Source: an uncultured Porphyromonadaceae bacterium (GTDB taxonomy: Bacteria > Bacteroidota > Bacteroidia > Bacteroidales > Muribaculaceae). From it: a stretch of 44,186 nucleotides of DNA. The notes under the pieces are model-generated. The model ran no database searches and was not told the DNA's origin. It worked only from the letters and a program-made list of their open reading frames with translations. The position numbers and the translations under genes were made by a program. Shown in pieces: positions 20,407-30,726 of the stretch (position 1 is the stretch's first letter; every line of letters begins with the position of its first letter). Where the stretch lies: the NCBI GenBank assembly GCA_945231345.1, contig CALYOL010000001.1:1-44186 (forward strand), given 5' to 3'.

Positions 20407-21186
20407 GTGAAACACAGGGATATAGCTAATATTATAGAAGAAATCGCGCCCCTCCGCCTTCAGGAGGGGTACGATAATTGCGGCTTTCAAGTAGGTGACC
20501 CTGATGATGAATGTAGTGGAATTTTAATATGCGTAGATGCTACTGAGGATATTCTTGACGAAGCAATTCAGAAAGGTTGCAACCTCATAGTGACGCATCA
20601 TCCCCTACTCTTCCACGCAACAAAGCAAATTCTTGTACGCCACCGAATGGATATGGTACTACGCAAAGCACTGAAGCACGACATTACTATTTATAGCTGC
20701 CATACAGCTATTGACAATGCACCCATAATGGGTGTCTCAATGACTGATGCACAAATGCTCGGGTTGACAGACATCGTGGCGATTGCACCACATGGAGATG
20801 CCGTAGGTCCCGTAGTTGGAAACCTTCCAACATCCATGAAAGTGACAGATGCCATCAGCTACGTCAAAAACATTTTCAACAGCACAACTGCCCGTGTAAG
20901 CCGATTTGACGACTCCACCACAGTATCACGAATCGCTATCGGAGGCGGTGCTTGTCACGAATTTTTGCCGGATGCCATTGCTGCAGGAGCACAGATGTTT
21001 GTTACCTCCGATTGCAAACATAACGACTTCCTGGACTATCAAAATAGCATTATTTTGATGGATTTAGGACATTTTGACACTGAAAAGTGCACAAAACACA
21101 TCTTTTATAATATTATTACAGAAAAAATTCCTAACTTTGCAGTCTATAAATCTGAAATTGAAAAAAATCCCATAATTTACTGTTAA
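20407..21186 (+). CDS. Nif3-like dinuclear metal centre protein (YbgI/YqfO family)
   Basis: EGYDNCGFQVGD, IVTHHPLLF and LGHFDTE are Nif3 motifs. GTG start 3 nt after the aspS stop. Confidence 0.9.
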   Translation: MKHRDIANIIEEIAPLRLQEGYDNCGFQVGDPDDECSGILICVDATEDILDEAIQKGCNLIVTHHPLLFHATKQILVRHRMDMVLRKALKHDITIYSCHTAIDNAPIMGVSMTDAQMLGLTDIVAIAPHGDAVGPVVGNLPTSMKVTDAISYVKNIFNSTTARVSRFDDSTTVSRIAIGGGACHEFLPDAIAAGAQMFVTSDCKHNDFLDYQNSIILMDLGHFDTEKCTKHIFYNIITEKIPNFAVYKSEIEKNPIIYC

Positions 21187-21190
21187 AATA

Positions 21191-21967
21191 ATGGCAACAG
21201 AAAAAAAATCAGAAAACCTATCAGTGGAAGAACGTCTTAAAGCACTCTACGAGCTTCAGACTATTCTCTCTGAGATAGACAGAATAAAAATCGTGCGTGG
21301 CGAACTTCCTATCGAGGTGCAAGACCTTGAAGACGATATCGCTCGCCTTCAGACTCGTATCGCTAATTTCAAGGCTGAAATCGATGAAGTCCGCAAAAAG
21401 CTCGGTGCTGAAAAAGCCAAAATAGAAGAGTCTAAGATGAAAATCGTCCGCTACAAAGAGCAGATTAACAACGTCAGCAACAACCGCGAATACGACCTCC
21501 TCTCAAAGGAAATCGAATTCCAATCTCTTGAAATCGAGCTCGCTGAAAAGCATATCAATGAATACAACCGCATCATTGAAAACAAGTCTGCAGAAATTGC
21601 TTCTATTGAAGAAAACCTTGTAGACCGCAACCACATCCTCGAAGAAAAAAAACGTGAACTTGAAGAAATCGTTGCGGAAACTCGACAAGATGAAGAGAGA
21701 CTACGCGAAAAGGCTCACGACATCGAACCTCGAATTGACGAGCGTACACTCACTGCATTCAAGCGCATCCGCAAAAATGCTCGCAACGGACTTGGTGTAG
21801 TATACATCCAACGTAACGCTTGCGGTGGTTGCTTCAATCGTATCCCGCCTCAAAAACAGCTTGAAATCAAGATGCACAAGAAAATTATCGTATGTGAATA
21901 CTGCGGTCGCATCATGATTGACCCTGAGCTTGCCGGCATCGTTGATAACGAACACGAAGGAAAATAA
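21191..21967 (+). CDS. Coiled-coil zinc-ribbon protein (COG1579/DUF164 type)
   Basis: A long coiled coil is followed by CGGC...(x24)...CEYCGR, a C4 zinc ribbon. This is the conserved partner downstream of Nif3. Confidence 0.8.
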   Translation: MATEKKSENLSVEERLKALYELQTILSEIDRIKIVRGELPIEVQDLEDDIARLQTRIANFKAEIDEVRKKLGAEKAKIEESKMKIVRYKEQINNVSNNREYDLLSKEIEFQSLEIELAEKHINEYNRIIENKSAEIASIEENLVDRNHILEEKKRELEEIVAETRQDEERLREKAHDIEPRIDERTLTAFKRIRKNARNGLGVVYIQRNACGGCFNRIPPQKQLEIKMHKKIIVCEYCGRIMIDPELAGIVDNEHEGK

Positions 21968-21995
21968 TTTTTCATAATTCATTTCCATAACATTT

Positions 21996-22030
21996 CCGCC
22001 TCTGAAACTATTTCAGGGGCGGATTTTTTT
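21996..22030 (+). terminator. Rho-independent terminator of the aspS-nif3-zinc ribbon operon
   Basis: ccgcctctgaaa/tttcaggggcgg forms a 12-bp stem (one G-U pair) with a 3-nt loop, followed by ATTTTTTT. Confidence 0.8.
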
Positions 22031-22045
22031 GTCAATTTTGATGTA

Positions 22046-22942
22046 TCACATCTTGCCCAACTTCTCACTCACCCCATCTCTATAAGCTCGCCATAGTACA
22101 GGAATATCTTTATACGACCACGCTTTTGAAAATGGAGCTGTAAAAAAGGCGGTGGCTATACTTCCAAACACATTTATGAAACCGCGCAGATATTTAACTC
22201 CCCAATTCTTGCCATAGTGATGATTGAGGTACGCTGAATTACGCGCCTGATAAAACCTTTTCCACTTCTTCTTGCGATTGCGCTCAGCCCAGTCGTCATC
22301 ACTGAAAAACTTTTGCTTATCCATAAGTGCGTCAGGAACATACAAAATCTTATATCCGGCTTGAAGCGTTCTAATGCAATAATCTGTATCATCACAGAAT
22401 ATAAAAAGGTCTCGGGTCGGAAGACCTATCTTCTCCACAACTTCTCGGCGGATAAAAGGTCCTTCAAATGCCGTTCCCGCTATAAAAATCGGACCATTCA
22501 CAGCACTGTTTTCTATCCTTCCGGTATACATTGAAGAGAACGGATTTGTCAAGTTATAACCCTGAAAATCATGGCAGAAAATTTCTCCATCTATCAGCCT
22601 GCGTGGTGCAAGAATACCTATCTCCGGGTTATCAATATGCTCAAGTAACCGCTCCATACAGTCAGCCCTTGGAAACACATCATCATCCATACACCATATC
22701 CAGTCAGCCCCACTGCTATACGCATAGTCTATCCCCGTATAAAATCCACCGGAACCCCCTACATTCTCCTGATGTATTACATGAATATCCGCCTGAGTAT
22801 CCAGCCATTCTGCAGTGCCGTCGGTGCTTCCGTTGTTTACAACTACAATCTCATTTACAGGACCATTTGCTCGAAGGCAATCTACTGTGCGTTTAAGCAG
22901 GTTAATGCGGTTATATGTTACTACTACGGCACTAATTTTCAT
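22046..22942 (-). CDS. Family 2 glycosyltransferase (GlfT1/WbbL-like, possible galactofuranosyltransferase)
   Basis: VVVTYNR...VVVNNGSTDGT...NVGGSGGF...WCMDDD is the GT2 DxD architecture of the COG1216 group. The galactofuranose assignment is inferred only from the nearby glf. Confidence 0.8.
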   Translation of the reverse strand: MKISAVVVTYNRINLLKRTVDCLRANGPVNEIVVVNNGSTDGTAEWLDTQADIHVIHQENVGGSGGFYTGIDYAYSSGADWIWCMDDDVFPRADCMERLLEHIDNPEIGILAPRRLIDGEIFCHDFQGYNLTNPFSSMYTGRIENSAVNGPIFIAGTAFEGPFIRREVVEKIGLPTRDLFIFCDDTDYCIRTLQAGYKILYVPDALMDKQKFFSDDDWAERNRKKKWKRFYQARNSAYLNHHYGKNWGVKYLRGFINVFGSIATAFFTAPFSKAWSYKDIPVLWRAYRDGVSEKLGKM

Positions 22943-23682
22943 ATCTCTTCTGTTCCTTTATCCTTCTTTCTGAAATCAACTATCAGCTTATAGCATTCAT
23001 CCGCATCAAAACCGCGTCCCGCTGCATATTCCTCTGCCATCCACCTCTGCATCTGCGGAGTAGCCGGCAGTCGCTCAAAATTTTGGCAACCATCACGAAA
23101 ACCTATTTTTCCTATTGTCATGCGGTTTAAATCCACAATTTCAAGGTATGCTTTGCCATCTTCTTGTATCTTAAACAAAATATTTCTGCGACCATAGTCC
23201 TTGTGAGCAAAGCCATTGTTATGAAGTATTGCTGTAATCCTGCCTATCTCTCTGCAAACAGCCTCGCAATGTTCTGCTTGAGTACTGAACAGGTCTTCAT
23301 AAACATATGGGCATGGTGACATCAGGCTCACATAGTAGCTCTTATCCAGCAATATTCCGTCTCGAACATCCATATACGCAACTGGTTGGGGTGAACCTAC
23401 ACCTATGCTGAGGAAAGACAGCGCATTTAGGTAAGACCGTTTTGCCTTGCTGCCGCGTAGTATGCCATAGGCTATTCGGTTTATTATATAGGGCTTTGTA
23501 AACGATTTCACCACAAGATTATGTTCACCCCACTTCATCAGACGTATCTCATTTCTGCCCTTATAAATCACTTCTCCCTCGCCGGCTTCAAACCGTTCTG
23601 GCAAAGTCTCCATAAATTCGGCTACGTCATTATAGTCTGGATTTACGTATATCGTGCGGTGATGTGTGAGATTATCTAACAT
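22939..23682 (-). CDS. Lipopolysaccharide kinase (Kdo/WaaP) family protein
   Basis: 247 aa. GRNEIRLMKWGEHNLVVKSF (Lys of the kinase N-lobe), HNNGFAHKDYGRRNILF (catalytic loop) and IVDLNRM (DxN/DFG-equivalent) resemble PF06293 members. Confidence 0.7.
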   Translation of the reverse strand: MLDNLTHHRTIYVNPDYNDVAEFMETLPERFEAGEGEVIYKGRNEIRLMKWGEHNLVVKSFTKPYIINRIAYGILRGSKAKRSYLNALSFLSIGVGSPQPVAYMDVRDGILLDKSYYVSLMSPCPYVYEDLFSTQAEHCEAVCREIGRITAILHNNGFAHKDYGRRNILFKIQEDGKAYLEIVDLNRMTIGKIGFRDGCQNFERLPATPQMQRWMAEEYAAGRGFDADECYKLIVDFRKKDKGTEEI

Positions 23683-23685
23683 GTC

Positions 23686-24807
23686 TTAATGTCTGTTTAA
23701 TTGTTCATTTGCAAGCCTTAACGCAGCTGCTATCGTGTCATCCATGTCAGCATATACATATGTAGCAAGACGACCTCCGAATATCACATTTTCCTCTCTC
23801 TGCGCCATAGCCAGGTAATCAGCATACTTCTTACCATTTACCTCATCATTTATTGGATAGTATGGTTCTTTTCCCTCCGCATATTCATCAGGATACTCAT
23901 ATGTGATTACCGTATGCGGCTGAGTTCCATACTCAAAATGCTTATGCTCGATAATTCGGGTATATGGTACATCTCGCTCTGTATAATTCACCACCGCATT
24001 ACCCTGAAAATTGCTTACATCAAGGCTTTTATGCTCAAATCGCAAGCTTCTGTAGTCAAGATGACCGCATTTATAGTCATAATAGCGGTCAATGCAGCCT
24101 GTGAATAGCGTCTTATGGGCTATACTGTCATATTCCCGACGATTTTCAAAATAGTCTTCGCACAGCCGAACTTCTACTCCATCTAATAAATTATCTATCA
24201 ACGCATTATACCCACCAATAGGTATACCTTGATACGCATCATTAAAATAATTATTATCAAACGTAAACCTGAAAGGAAGACGACGGATAATAAAAGCCGG
24301 AAGCTCGGTTGCCGCCCTACCCCATTGCTTTTCAGTATAGCCCTTTATCAGGGTATAGTATATATCTTTTCCACAAAGTGTAAGTGCCTGCTCTTCAAGA
24401 TTTTTAGGTGATGTTATATGTGCAAATTCCTCACGCTGTTCTTCTATTTTAGCCTGTGCCTCTGCCGGAGTCTTTACACCCCACAGAGCATAAAACGTAT
24501 TCATGTTAAACGGCAAATTATAGAGTTTGCCTTTATAGTTTGCTACAGGACAGTTTGTGTAGCGGTTAAATTCCACAAACTGATTTACGTATTGCCACAC
24601 ATCCTTGTCGTCTGTATGAAAAATGTGCGCACCATATTTGTGTACGTTTATTCCATCTACATTCTCGCAGTATATGTTTCCCCCGCGATGTTCACGCTTG
24701 TCTATCACAAGGCATCGCTTGCCCGCAAGTTTTGCCTCGTGAGCGAATACAGCACCAAAAAGCCCTGCTCCAACTATCAGATAGTCATATTTCTTGTCAT
24801 TTTTCAT
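23686..24807 (-). CDS. glf: UDP-galactopyranose mutase
   Basis: YDYLIVGAGLFGAVFA (FAD GxGxxG), HKYGAHIFHT, FNRY and GRLATYVYADMD are canonical Glf blocks. Confidence 0.93.
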   Translation of the reverse strand: MKNDKKYDYLIVGAGLFGAVFAHEAKLAGKRCLVIDKREHRGGNIYCENVDGINVHKYGAHIFHTDDKDVWQYVNQFVEFNRYTNCPVANYKGKLYNLPFNMNTFYALWGVKTPAEAQAKIEEQREEFAHITSPKNLEEQALTLCGKDIYYTLIKGYTEKQWGRAATELPAFIIRRLPFRFTFDNNYFNDAYQGIPIGGYNALIDNLLDGVEVRLCEDYFENRREYDSIAHKTLFTGCIDRYYDYKCGHLDYRSLRFEHKSLDVSNFQGNAVVNYTERDVPYTRIIEHKHFEYGTQPHTVITYEYPDEYAEGKEPYYPINDEVNGKKYADYLAMAQREENVIFGGRLATYVYADMDDTIAAALRLANEQLNRH

Positions 24808-25552
24808 GCTCTAATAATCTTAAGCTGTCCTCGGCTTTTTGAAGTGTTTCAGGCTTGCCTATGTCAAACCAATTATATGGCTTTTCCGGCATGAATGATA
24901 CTATTTTCAGCCTTGAAATAGCACTCAGATAAAATGGGAATATTGGGAAGACATCAGTCGTAGCATAATGCCGAATTTCCTGTAACACTGACGGATTAAT
25001 AATATGAACTCCTCCAAAAGCGCAGCTATCATAATCATCGTAGTCAGTGAAATTTTCAGGAATTGACTCTCCTGTCTTTAGGTTTCTCCAGCCGTGCAAT
25101 ACATGCGTATTGCGGTCAAAATATATCTGACGTGAAGACTCTCTATGCGCTACAAGTAGAGTTGCGTCTGCACCATATTTCTCGTGTTTGGCAAGCATCT
25201 CATTGACGTCAAAGTCCGTCAGAATATCTGCATTATGGATTAGGATTGGCTCTTCTCCTTTAAATAAGTTAGCTGCATATAGCAATGCCCCACCCGTTTC
25301 CATAGGATGCTCAACCTCGTGAGAAATTAGGATGTTGACTCCAAAATTATCATTTTGCGCAAGGAAATCTATTATCTGCTGCGCAAAATGATGTACATTT
25401 ATCACAAAGTCCTTTATCCCGGCATTTTTCAGCTTTAGTATCACTCGCTGCAACATTGGCACACCACACACAGGCACCAACGCTTTTGGATGATGCTCTG
25501 TAAATGGCTTAAGACGTGTACCAAGACCTGCTGCAAAGATAAAAGCACGCAT
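24797..25552 (-). CDS. Sugar-1-phosphate nucleotidyltransferase, MurU-like
   Basis: MRAFIFAAGLGTRLKPFTEHHPKALVPVCGVPML parallels MurU/GlmU-type G-x-G-T-R-(x)-P...PK.L. It overlaps glf by 11 nt and sits 2 nt downstream of the AmgK-like gene. Confidence 0.7.
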   Translation of the reverse strand: MRAFIFAAGLGTRLKPFTEHHPKALVPVCGVPMLQRVILKLKNAGIKDFVINVHHFAQQIIDFLAQNDNFGVNILISHEVEHPMETGGALLYAANLFKGEEPILIHNADILTDFDVNEMLAKHEKYGADATLLVAHRESSRQIYFDRNTHVLHGWRNLKTGESIPENFTDYDDYDSCAFGGVHIINPSVLQEIRHYATTDVFPIFPFYLSAISRLKIVSFMPEKPYNWFDIGKPETLQKAEDSLRLLEHEK

Positions 25553-25554
25553 AC

Positions 25555-26973
25555 CTATTTTGCCGGAAATGACTGTTCTATATTTTGTTCACGATGTACA
25601 AGGTCTACCTGTACGCCATATTTTTTGGAGATATGCTCGGCAAGGTGTTGAGCGCAGTAAACTGACCGGTGCTGACCGCCTGTACAGCCAAAAGAAATCA
25701 TAAGCGACGTAAATCCTCGCTCTATATATCTGCTCACTGACGAATCTACAAGAGGATAGACATGGTCAAGAAACTTCAGTATCTCCCCGTCATCTTCAAG
25801 GTATTTTATCACCGGTTGGTCAAGTCCCGTAAATGGCTTATAGCGCTCATATTTACCCGGATTGTTGATTGCTCGGCAATCGAAAACATATCCCCCACCA
25901 TTCCCCGATGGGTCATTTGGAATACCTTTTTTATATGCAAAGCTAAACACCTTCACTTTCAGTGCATTTTTCTGCAAATCATCTGTAAACTGCTTCATGT
26001 TTACAAGTTGCGTCAGCAATTCTGAAAGGTAAGGATATTCGGCAAATGGTGTGGCTATTATATTCCGCAAATTTGCAAGCGCATACGGCACTGACTGCAT
26101 AAAGTGTGGCTTTTTCTCAAAATAGCCTCGGAAACCGTATGCACCGAGAACTTGCAGCGTTCTGAATAGTACAAAGTGGCGTAATTGACTATAAAACACC
26201 GCTTTATCTACTTGAATATACTTATTCAGAGCATCAATATAATGGTCTATCAGCTCATAGCGTAATGAATCCGGGAAGTTTGCTTTGGCTTGCCATAGAA
26301 ATGATGCAAGGTCATAGTAATATGGTCCTTTGCGTCCGCCCTGAAAGTCTATAAACCAGGGTTCACCATCTTTTATCATCACGTTTCGCGACTGAAAATC
26401 ACGATACATAAACGAATTGCAATCCACCTGAAGCAATGTCTTGGCAAGGGCTACAAAATCATCCTCAAGCAAATCCTCCTGAAATTCAAGCCCTGTTGCC
26501 TTCAGGAAACAATACTTAAAGTAGTTTAAGTCCCACATTATGGAACGCATGTCAAATGCCGGTGCTGGATAGCAGTGACTGTAGTCAAAGCCATCTGCTC
26601 CCTTAAACTGTATGTCCGGAAGCAAACGGATTACCTTTATAAGCAATTCTTTCTCCTCATTGCCAAATGAGCGTGTTAGCCTCCCCTTTTCTATCGCTGC
26701 AAAAAGTGACAGGTCGCCCAAGTCCTCCTGAATATAAGACATCCGGTCTTCCGACACTGCATAAAGTTCGGGGGTGGGCAGACCCTTGGCTTTGAAATGC
26801 TTTGCCATATATATAAAGGCTTCATTCTCTGCCTTACACGTCCCTACAGCACCAATTATGGATTGTTCCCCGGTGAGTCGGAAATATCGTCGGTTTGAGC
26901 CGGAGGCTGGCAATTCTGTCATCCCCTTGGGCTCTGAACCTACGAATTTTTCATATAGTTTATTTAAGTTCAT
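25555..26973 (-). CDS. Fusion protein: AmgK-like anomeric amino-sugar kinase (APH fold) plus a RapZ C-terminal-like domain
   Basis: The N-terminal ~330 aa carry GSNRRYFRL, YRDFQSRNVMI and FIDFQGG (compare AmgK HRDFHSRNL / LDFQDA). Residues ~338-462, KVFSFAYKKGIP...YVFDCRAINNP...FTGLD.PV..YL...SFGCTGGQHRSVYCAQHLA, line up with E. coli RapZ FESFGFKHGIP...YVFDVRFLPNP...MTGLDKPVAAFL...AIGCTGGKHRSVYIAEQLA. Confidence 0.7.
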   Translation of the reverse strand: MNLNKLYEKFVGSEPKGMTELPASGSNRRYFRLTGEQSIIGAVGTCKAENEAFIYMAKHFKAKGLPTPELYAVSEDRMSYIQEDLGDLSLFAAIEKGRLTRSFGNEEKELLIKVIRLLPDIQFKGADGFDYSHCYPAPAFDMRSIMWDLNYFKYCFLKATGLEFQEDLLEDDFVALAKTLLQVDCNSFMYRDFQSRNVMIKDGEPWFIDFQGGRKGPYYYDLASFLWQAKANFPDSLRYELIDHYIDALNKYIQVDKAVFYSQLRHFVLFRTLQVLGAYGFRGYFEKKPHFMQSVPYALANLRNIIATPFAEYPYLSELLTQLVNMKQFTDDLQKNALKVKVFSFAYKKGIPNDPSGNGGGYVFDCRAINNPGKYERYKPFTGLDQPVIKYLEDDGEILKFLDHVYPLVDSSVSRYIERGFTSLMISFGCTGGQHRSVYCAQHLAEHISKKYGVQVDLVHREQNIEQSFPAK

Positions 26974-27011
26974 TATGGATTAACCTTTTTGTGAGAATTA
27001 CGCATTGCTGA

Positions 27012-29699
27012 CTAACCCTTTAGCGCTGCGAGGGTCTGTTCTATGTTGGCTATCTTAGTTTCTGCATCTGCCTGTTTGCGGCGTTCTACTTCAACTACCT
27101 GAGCCGGTGCATTGTTCACAAAGCGTTCATTTGATAGCTTCTTCATTACTGATGCAAGGAAACCGCGTAGATAGTCAAGTTCCTTATTCAGTCGCTCTAT
27201 TTCTGCTTCTACGTCGATATTCTGCGCAAGTGGTACATTAAACTCTGTCGTGCCTACCATAAATGAAGCTGCTGCCGCATCTTTTTCTGCCACTGCTACA
27301 ACCTCAGACAAGTTTGCAAGTTTTGCTATCACTTCTTGATATGACGGCAGCTCATCACCTATTATTCTCAGGCTGAGGGCATCTTTCTGCGGAATATTCT
27401 TGGCTGCTCTTACACCACGAACTCCGGCGATAATTTCCTTTGCATACTCTACATCGTCAAGGAGTTTCTTATTCACTTCACCTGCAACTGGCACCGATGC
27501 ATACATTATTGACTCGCCTTCTTTGCGCTCTGCAAGGTGCTGCCATAGCTCCTCCGTGATAAATGGCATAAATGGGTGGAGCAGACGCAGCAACTTGTCA
27601 AGGTACTCAAGTGTCTGACAATATGTTTTACTGTCAATAGGCTCGCCATATGCCGGCTTTACCATCTCAAGATACCATGATGAATATTCATCGCGGAACA
27701 GTCGATATACTGCCATAAGTGCCTCATTCAGGCGGAATTTACTGAAAAGGTCTTCTATTTCAAGTATTGCCTCGCTTAGTTTTGAGTCAAACCACTCTGT
27801 TGCAACTCGCGAAGCCTCTGGCTGGGGTATATCTGCTGTCTGCCATCCCTTTATTAGGCGGAATGCGTTCCATATCTTATTGCAGAAAAATTGTCCCTGT
27901 TCACACAGTTTCTCGTCAAACATGATATCGTTGCCTGCCGGTGCTGATAGCATCATACCCATTCTTACACCATCTGCTCCAAAGTTTGCAATAAGTTCCA
28001 GTGGGTCTGGTGAATTGCCCAGCTGCTTTGACATCTTGCGACCTATCTTATCGCGAACTATTCCTGTGAAATACACGTTGTTAAATGGTTGCTTGCCTAC
28101 GTATTCATAGCCTGCCATTATCATTCGTGCTACCCAGAAGAAGATGATATCTGGTCCGGTTACGAGCGTTGCAGTTGGATAATAATACTTTATCTCTTCG
28201 TTACCCGGATTGTTGATACCGTCAAAAAGGGTGATTGGCCATAGCCAGCTTGAGAACCATGTGTCAAGTGCTCCCTCATCTTGGCGCAAATCATCAGCTG
28301 TGAGTGAAAGTCCTGAGGAGGCTACAGCCTTTTCAAGTGCCTGTTCCTTGCTTTCGGCCACAACTATCTGCTCTTTTCCTTCTGCATCGTTATAGTAGTA
28401 TGCAGGTATACGATGACCCCACCACAGCTGGCGACTGATACACCAGTCTTGGATATTCTCTATCCATAGGCGATATGTTGTTTTATATTTTTCTGGTACA
28501 AACTTGATGATATCATCCATCACCGGCTTCAGAGAAATTTCTGCAAAGTGACGCATATCTATAAACCACTGAAGTGACAGGCGTGGCTCTATCGCAACCT
28601 TCGTGCGCTCTGAGAAACCAACCTTATTTGTGTAGTCTTCTATCTTCTCAAGCAATCCGGCAGCCTCAAGGTCTTTCGCTATCTGCTTGCGCACGTCAAA
28701 TCGGTCCATGCCAACATACATTCCTCCGGCCTCGCTTACTGTTCCGTCTTCATTGAAAATATCAATGGTCTCCAGGTTGTATTTCTTGCCCAGCATATTG
28801 TCATTCTTATCATGTGCCGGAGTAACCTTTAGGCAACCTGTTCCAAAGTCAATTTCTACATATCTGTCTTCTATTACTGGTATTACACGACCTACAAGCG
28901 GTACTATCACCTTTTTACCCTTGAGCCACTGGTTTTTTGGGTCTTTTGGATTTATACACATCGCCGTATCGCCCATTATGGTCTCAGGACGTGTTGTTGC
29001 TACTACCGCATATCTGCGACCCTGAGCATCACGGTGTACAACCTCTTGCTCATCTCCGGTTTCACCGGTCATGTCATCATCTGCAATATAATATTTCAGA
29101 TAGTATAGCTTTGACTGCTCTTCCACGAAGAAAACCTCATCATCTGAGATTGCAGTACGGTTTTGTGGGTCCCAGTTAACCATGCGCAGTCCTCGATAGA
29201 TTAGTCCTTTCTCATAGAGGTCACAGAACACCTTTATCACGCTCTTGCTGCGTGTTTCATCCATTGTAAAGGCTGTACGGCTCCAGTCGCATGAAGCTCC
29301 AAGTTTACGAAGTTGCTGTAGGATTATCCCACCATGCTTATGTGTCCATGCCCATGCATGCTCCAAAAACTGCTCGCGAGTAAGGTCTGTCTTCTTGATA
29401 CCTTCTGATGCCAACTTTGCTATCACCTTTGTTTCTGTTGCAATAGACGCATGGTCTGTGCCCGGCACCCACAGAGCATTCTTTCCCTCCATACGAGCGC
29501 GGCGGACAAGGATATCCTGTATCGTATTATTTAGCATATGACCCATATGAAGTATGCCCGTCACGTTTGGTGGCGGTATCACTATAGTGTACGGTTCTCT
29601 ACTATCTGGCACTGACTTAAACAAGTCGTGCTTTATCCAATATTCATACCATTTCTCCTCTACTTCTGAGGGACTGTACTTTGATGCTAATTGCTCCAT
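27012..29699 (-). CDS. valS: Valine--tRNA ligase
   Basis: 895 aa. It has [13 protein letters not shown] (HIGH), KMSKQLGNS (KMSKS), an editing domain, and a C-terminal coiled coil. Confidence 0.97.
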   Translation of the reverse strand: MEQLASKYSPSEVEEKWYEYWIKHDLFKSVPDSREPYTIVIPPPNVTGILHMGHMLNNTIQDILVRRARMEGKNALWVPGTDHASIATETKVIAKLASEGIKKTDLTREQFLEHAWAWTHKHGGIILQQLRKLGASCDWSRTAFTMDETRSKSVIKVFCDLYEKGLIYRGLRMVNWDPQNRTAISDDEVFFVEEQSKLYYLKYYIADDDMTGETGDEQEVVHRDAQGRRYAVVATTRPETIMGDTAMCINPKDPKNQWLKGKKVIVPLVGRVIPVIEDRYVEIDFGTGCLKVTPAHDKNDNMLGKKYNLETIDIFNEDGTVSEAGGMYVGMDRFDVRKQIAKDLEAAGLLEKIEDYTNKVGFSERTKVAIEPRLSLQWFIDMRHFAEISLKPVMDDIIKFVPEKYKTTYRLWIENIQDWCISRQLWWGHRIPAYYYNDAEGKEQIVVAESKEQALEKAVASSGLSLTADDLRQDEGALDTWFSSWLWPITLFDGINNPGNEEIKYYYPTATLVTGPDIIFFWVARMIMAGYEYVGKQPFNNVYFTGIVRDKIGRKMSKQLGNSPDPLELIANFGADGVRMGMMLSAPAGNDIMFDEKLCEQGQFFCNKIWNAFRLIKGWQTADIPQPEASRVATEWFDSKLSEAILEIEDLFSKFRLNEALMAVYRLFRDEYSSWYLEMVKPAYGEPIDSKTYCQTLEYLDKLLRLLHPFMPFITEELWQHLAERKEGESIMYASVPVAGEVNKKLLDDVEYAKEIIAGVRGVRAAKNIPQKDALSLRIIGDELPSYQEVIAKLANLSEVVAVAEKDAAAASFMVGTTEFNVPLAQNIDVEAEIERLNKELDYLRGFLASVMKKLSNERFVNNAPAQVVEVERRKQADAETKIANIEQTLAALKG

Positions 29700-29743
29700 A
29701 TATGGTCTATTTTCTTTTTATTATTATTCAAATATTTAATTTA

Positions 29744-29751
29744 CAAAGTTA
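29744..29751 (-). promoter_or_regulatory. -7 promoter box (TAACTTTG) for valS
   Basis: caaagtta on the plus strand, 45 nt upstream of the valS ATG at 29699. Confidence 0.45.
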
Positions 29752-29901
29752 CTGCTTTTTTCTCATACAACAAAAACTACCTCACAAATTCAACACCATT
29801 TTCACAAAAACAATGCCATGCTATATATTATGCTGAATTTGGTCGAATACATAATCGTCTAATAATCTTCATTTACTCTATTTACACAAGCAAACTGGCA
29901 T

Positions 29902-30708
29902 TTACCAATATTTCTTGCACAATTTCTCATATCGTTCTGTGGATTTATATTCCCTGAGCCATACATTCAGGCTATCGCGCAGTGCTACATTGTCCTTCGA
30001 CAATACCCAAGATTGAAACTGGTTAAATGATATGGCTGTAGATATGTCAAGCTGAGGATATTCGGCAGCTAATGATTCTGCGTACTTCATATTCACCACC
30101 GCCTGCTTCCTCTCACCCAAGGCTGTGAGGATTATTAGCTGCTCTGCCCCGTATTTCTCGTCTTCCACAACGTATATCGTGTCGCCTATCTCCTCTGACA
30201 GATTATGGAGGCGTTCCACCGCAAGCGAACCCTTTGGCACCCAAATGGTGTCTCCCGCAAGGTCGTTTTGTGTAAAACCCTTTTCTATAGTTCCCTTTAG
30301 CCGTACAAGCACCTGATAGTCAATGTATATTGAGTCTGTATAGAGATATTTCTCCTTCATTTTCGTTGTCACCGGTATATCTGCTATCACCACATCAAAA
30401 AGGCTCTCATCAAGCTGGCGCAAGGCGGAATTTAGGTTCGTAAATGCGGAGATTTTCACCGGGCGACAATGTTCTGAGCATATTTCTCTGATTAGTTCAT
30501 AATGAAACCCACACAGCGTATCCTCTCGCATCGATAGTGCTATTGGCGAAAGTTCTATCGCAACATTTAGAGTATCTCCATCCGCTCGTCCAATTGCATT
30601 TGACCTCGGCGACGAACATTCTCTCAGACCCCACATCGCCGCCAGCACTATTATCAGCAACACGATGTATATCGCAATTCTACCTGTCTTTAATACCTTC
30701 TTTTCCAT
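29902..30708 (-). CDS. Membrane-anchored solute-binding-protein-like (SBP_bac_3/MltF N-domain-like) protein
   Basis: An N-terminal TM anchor (IAIYIVLLIIVLAAMWGL) is followed by a type-2 periplasmic binding fold pattern (LNVAIE...GFHYELI...FDVVIADIPVT...YLYTDSIY...). There is no transglycosylase domain. Confidence 0.6.
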   Translation of the reverse strand: MEKKVLKTGRIAIYIVLLIIVLAAMWGLRECSSPRSNAIGRADGDTLNVAIELSPIALSMREDTLCGFHYELIREICSEHCRPVKISAFTNLNSALRQLDESLFDVVIADIPVTTKMKEKYLYTDSIYIDYQVLVRLKGTIEKGFTQNDLAGDTIWVPKGSLAVERLHNLSEEIGDTIYVVEDEKYGAEQLIILTALGERKQAVVNMKYAESLAAEYPQLDISTAISFNQFQSWVLSKDNVALRDSLNVWLREYKSTERYEKLCKKYW

Positions 30709-30726
30709 CCCGTTTTTCTCTGCATT

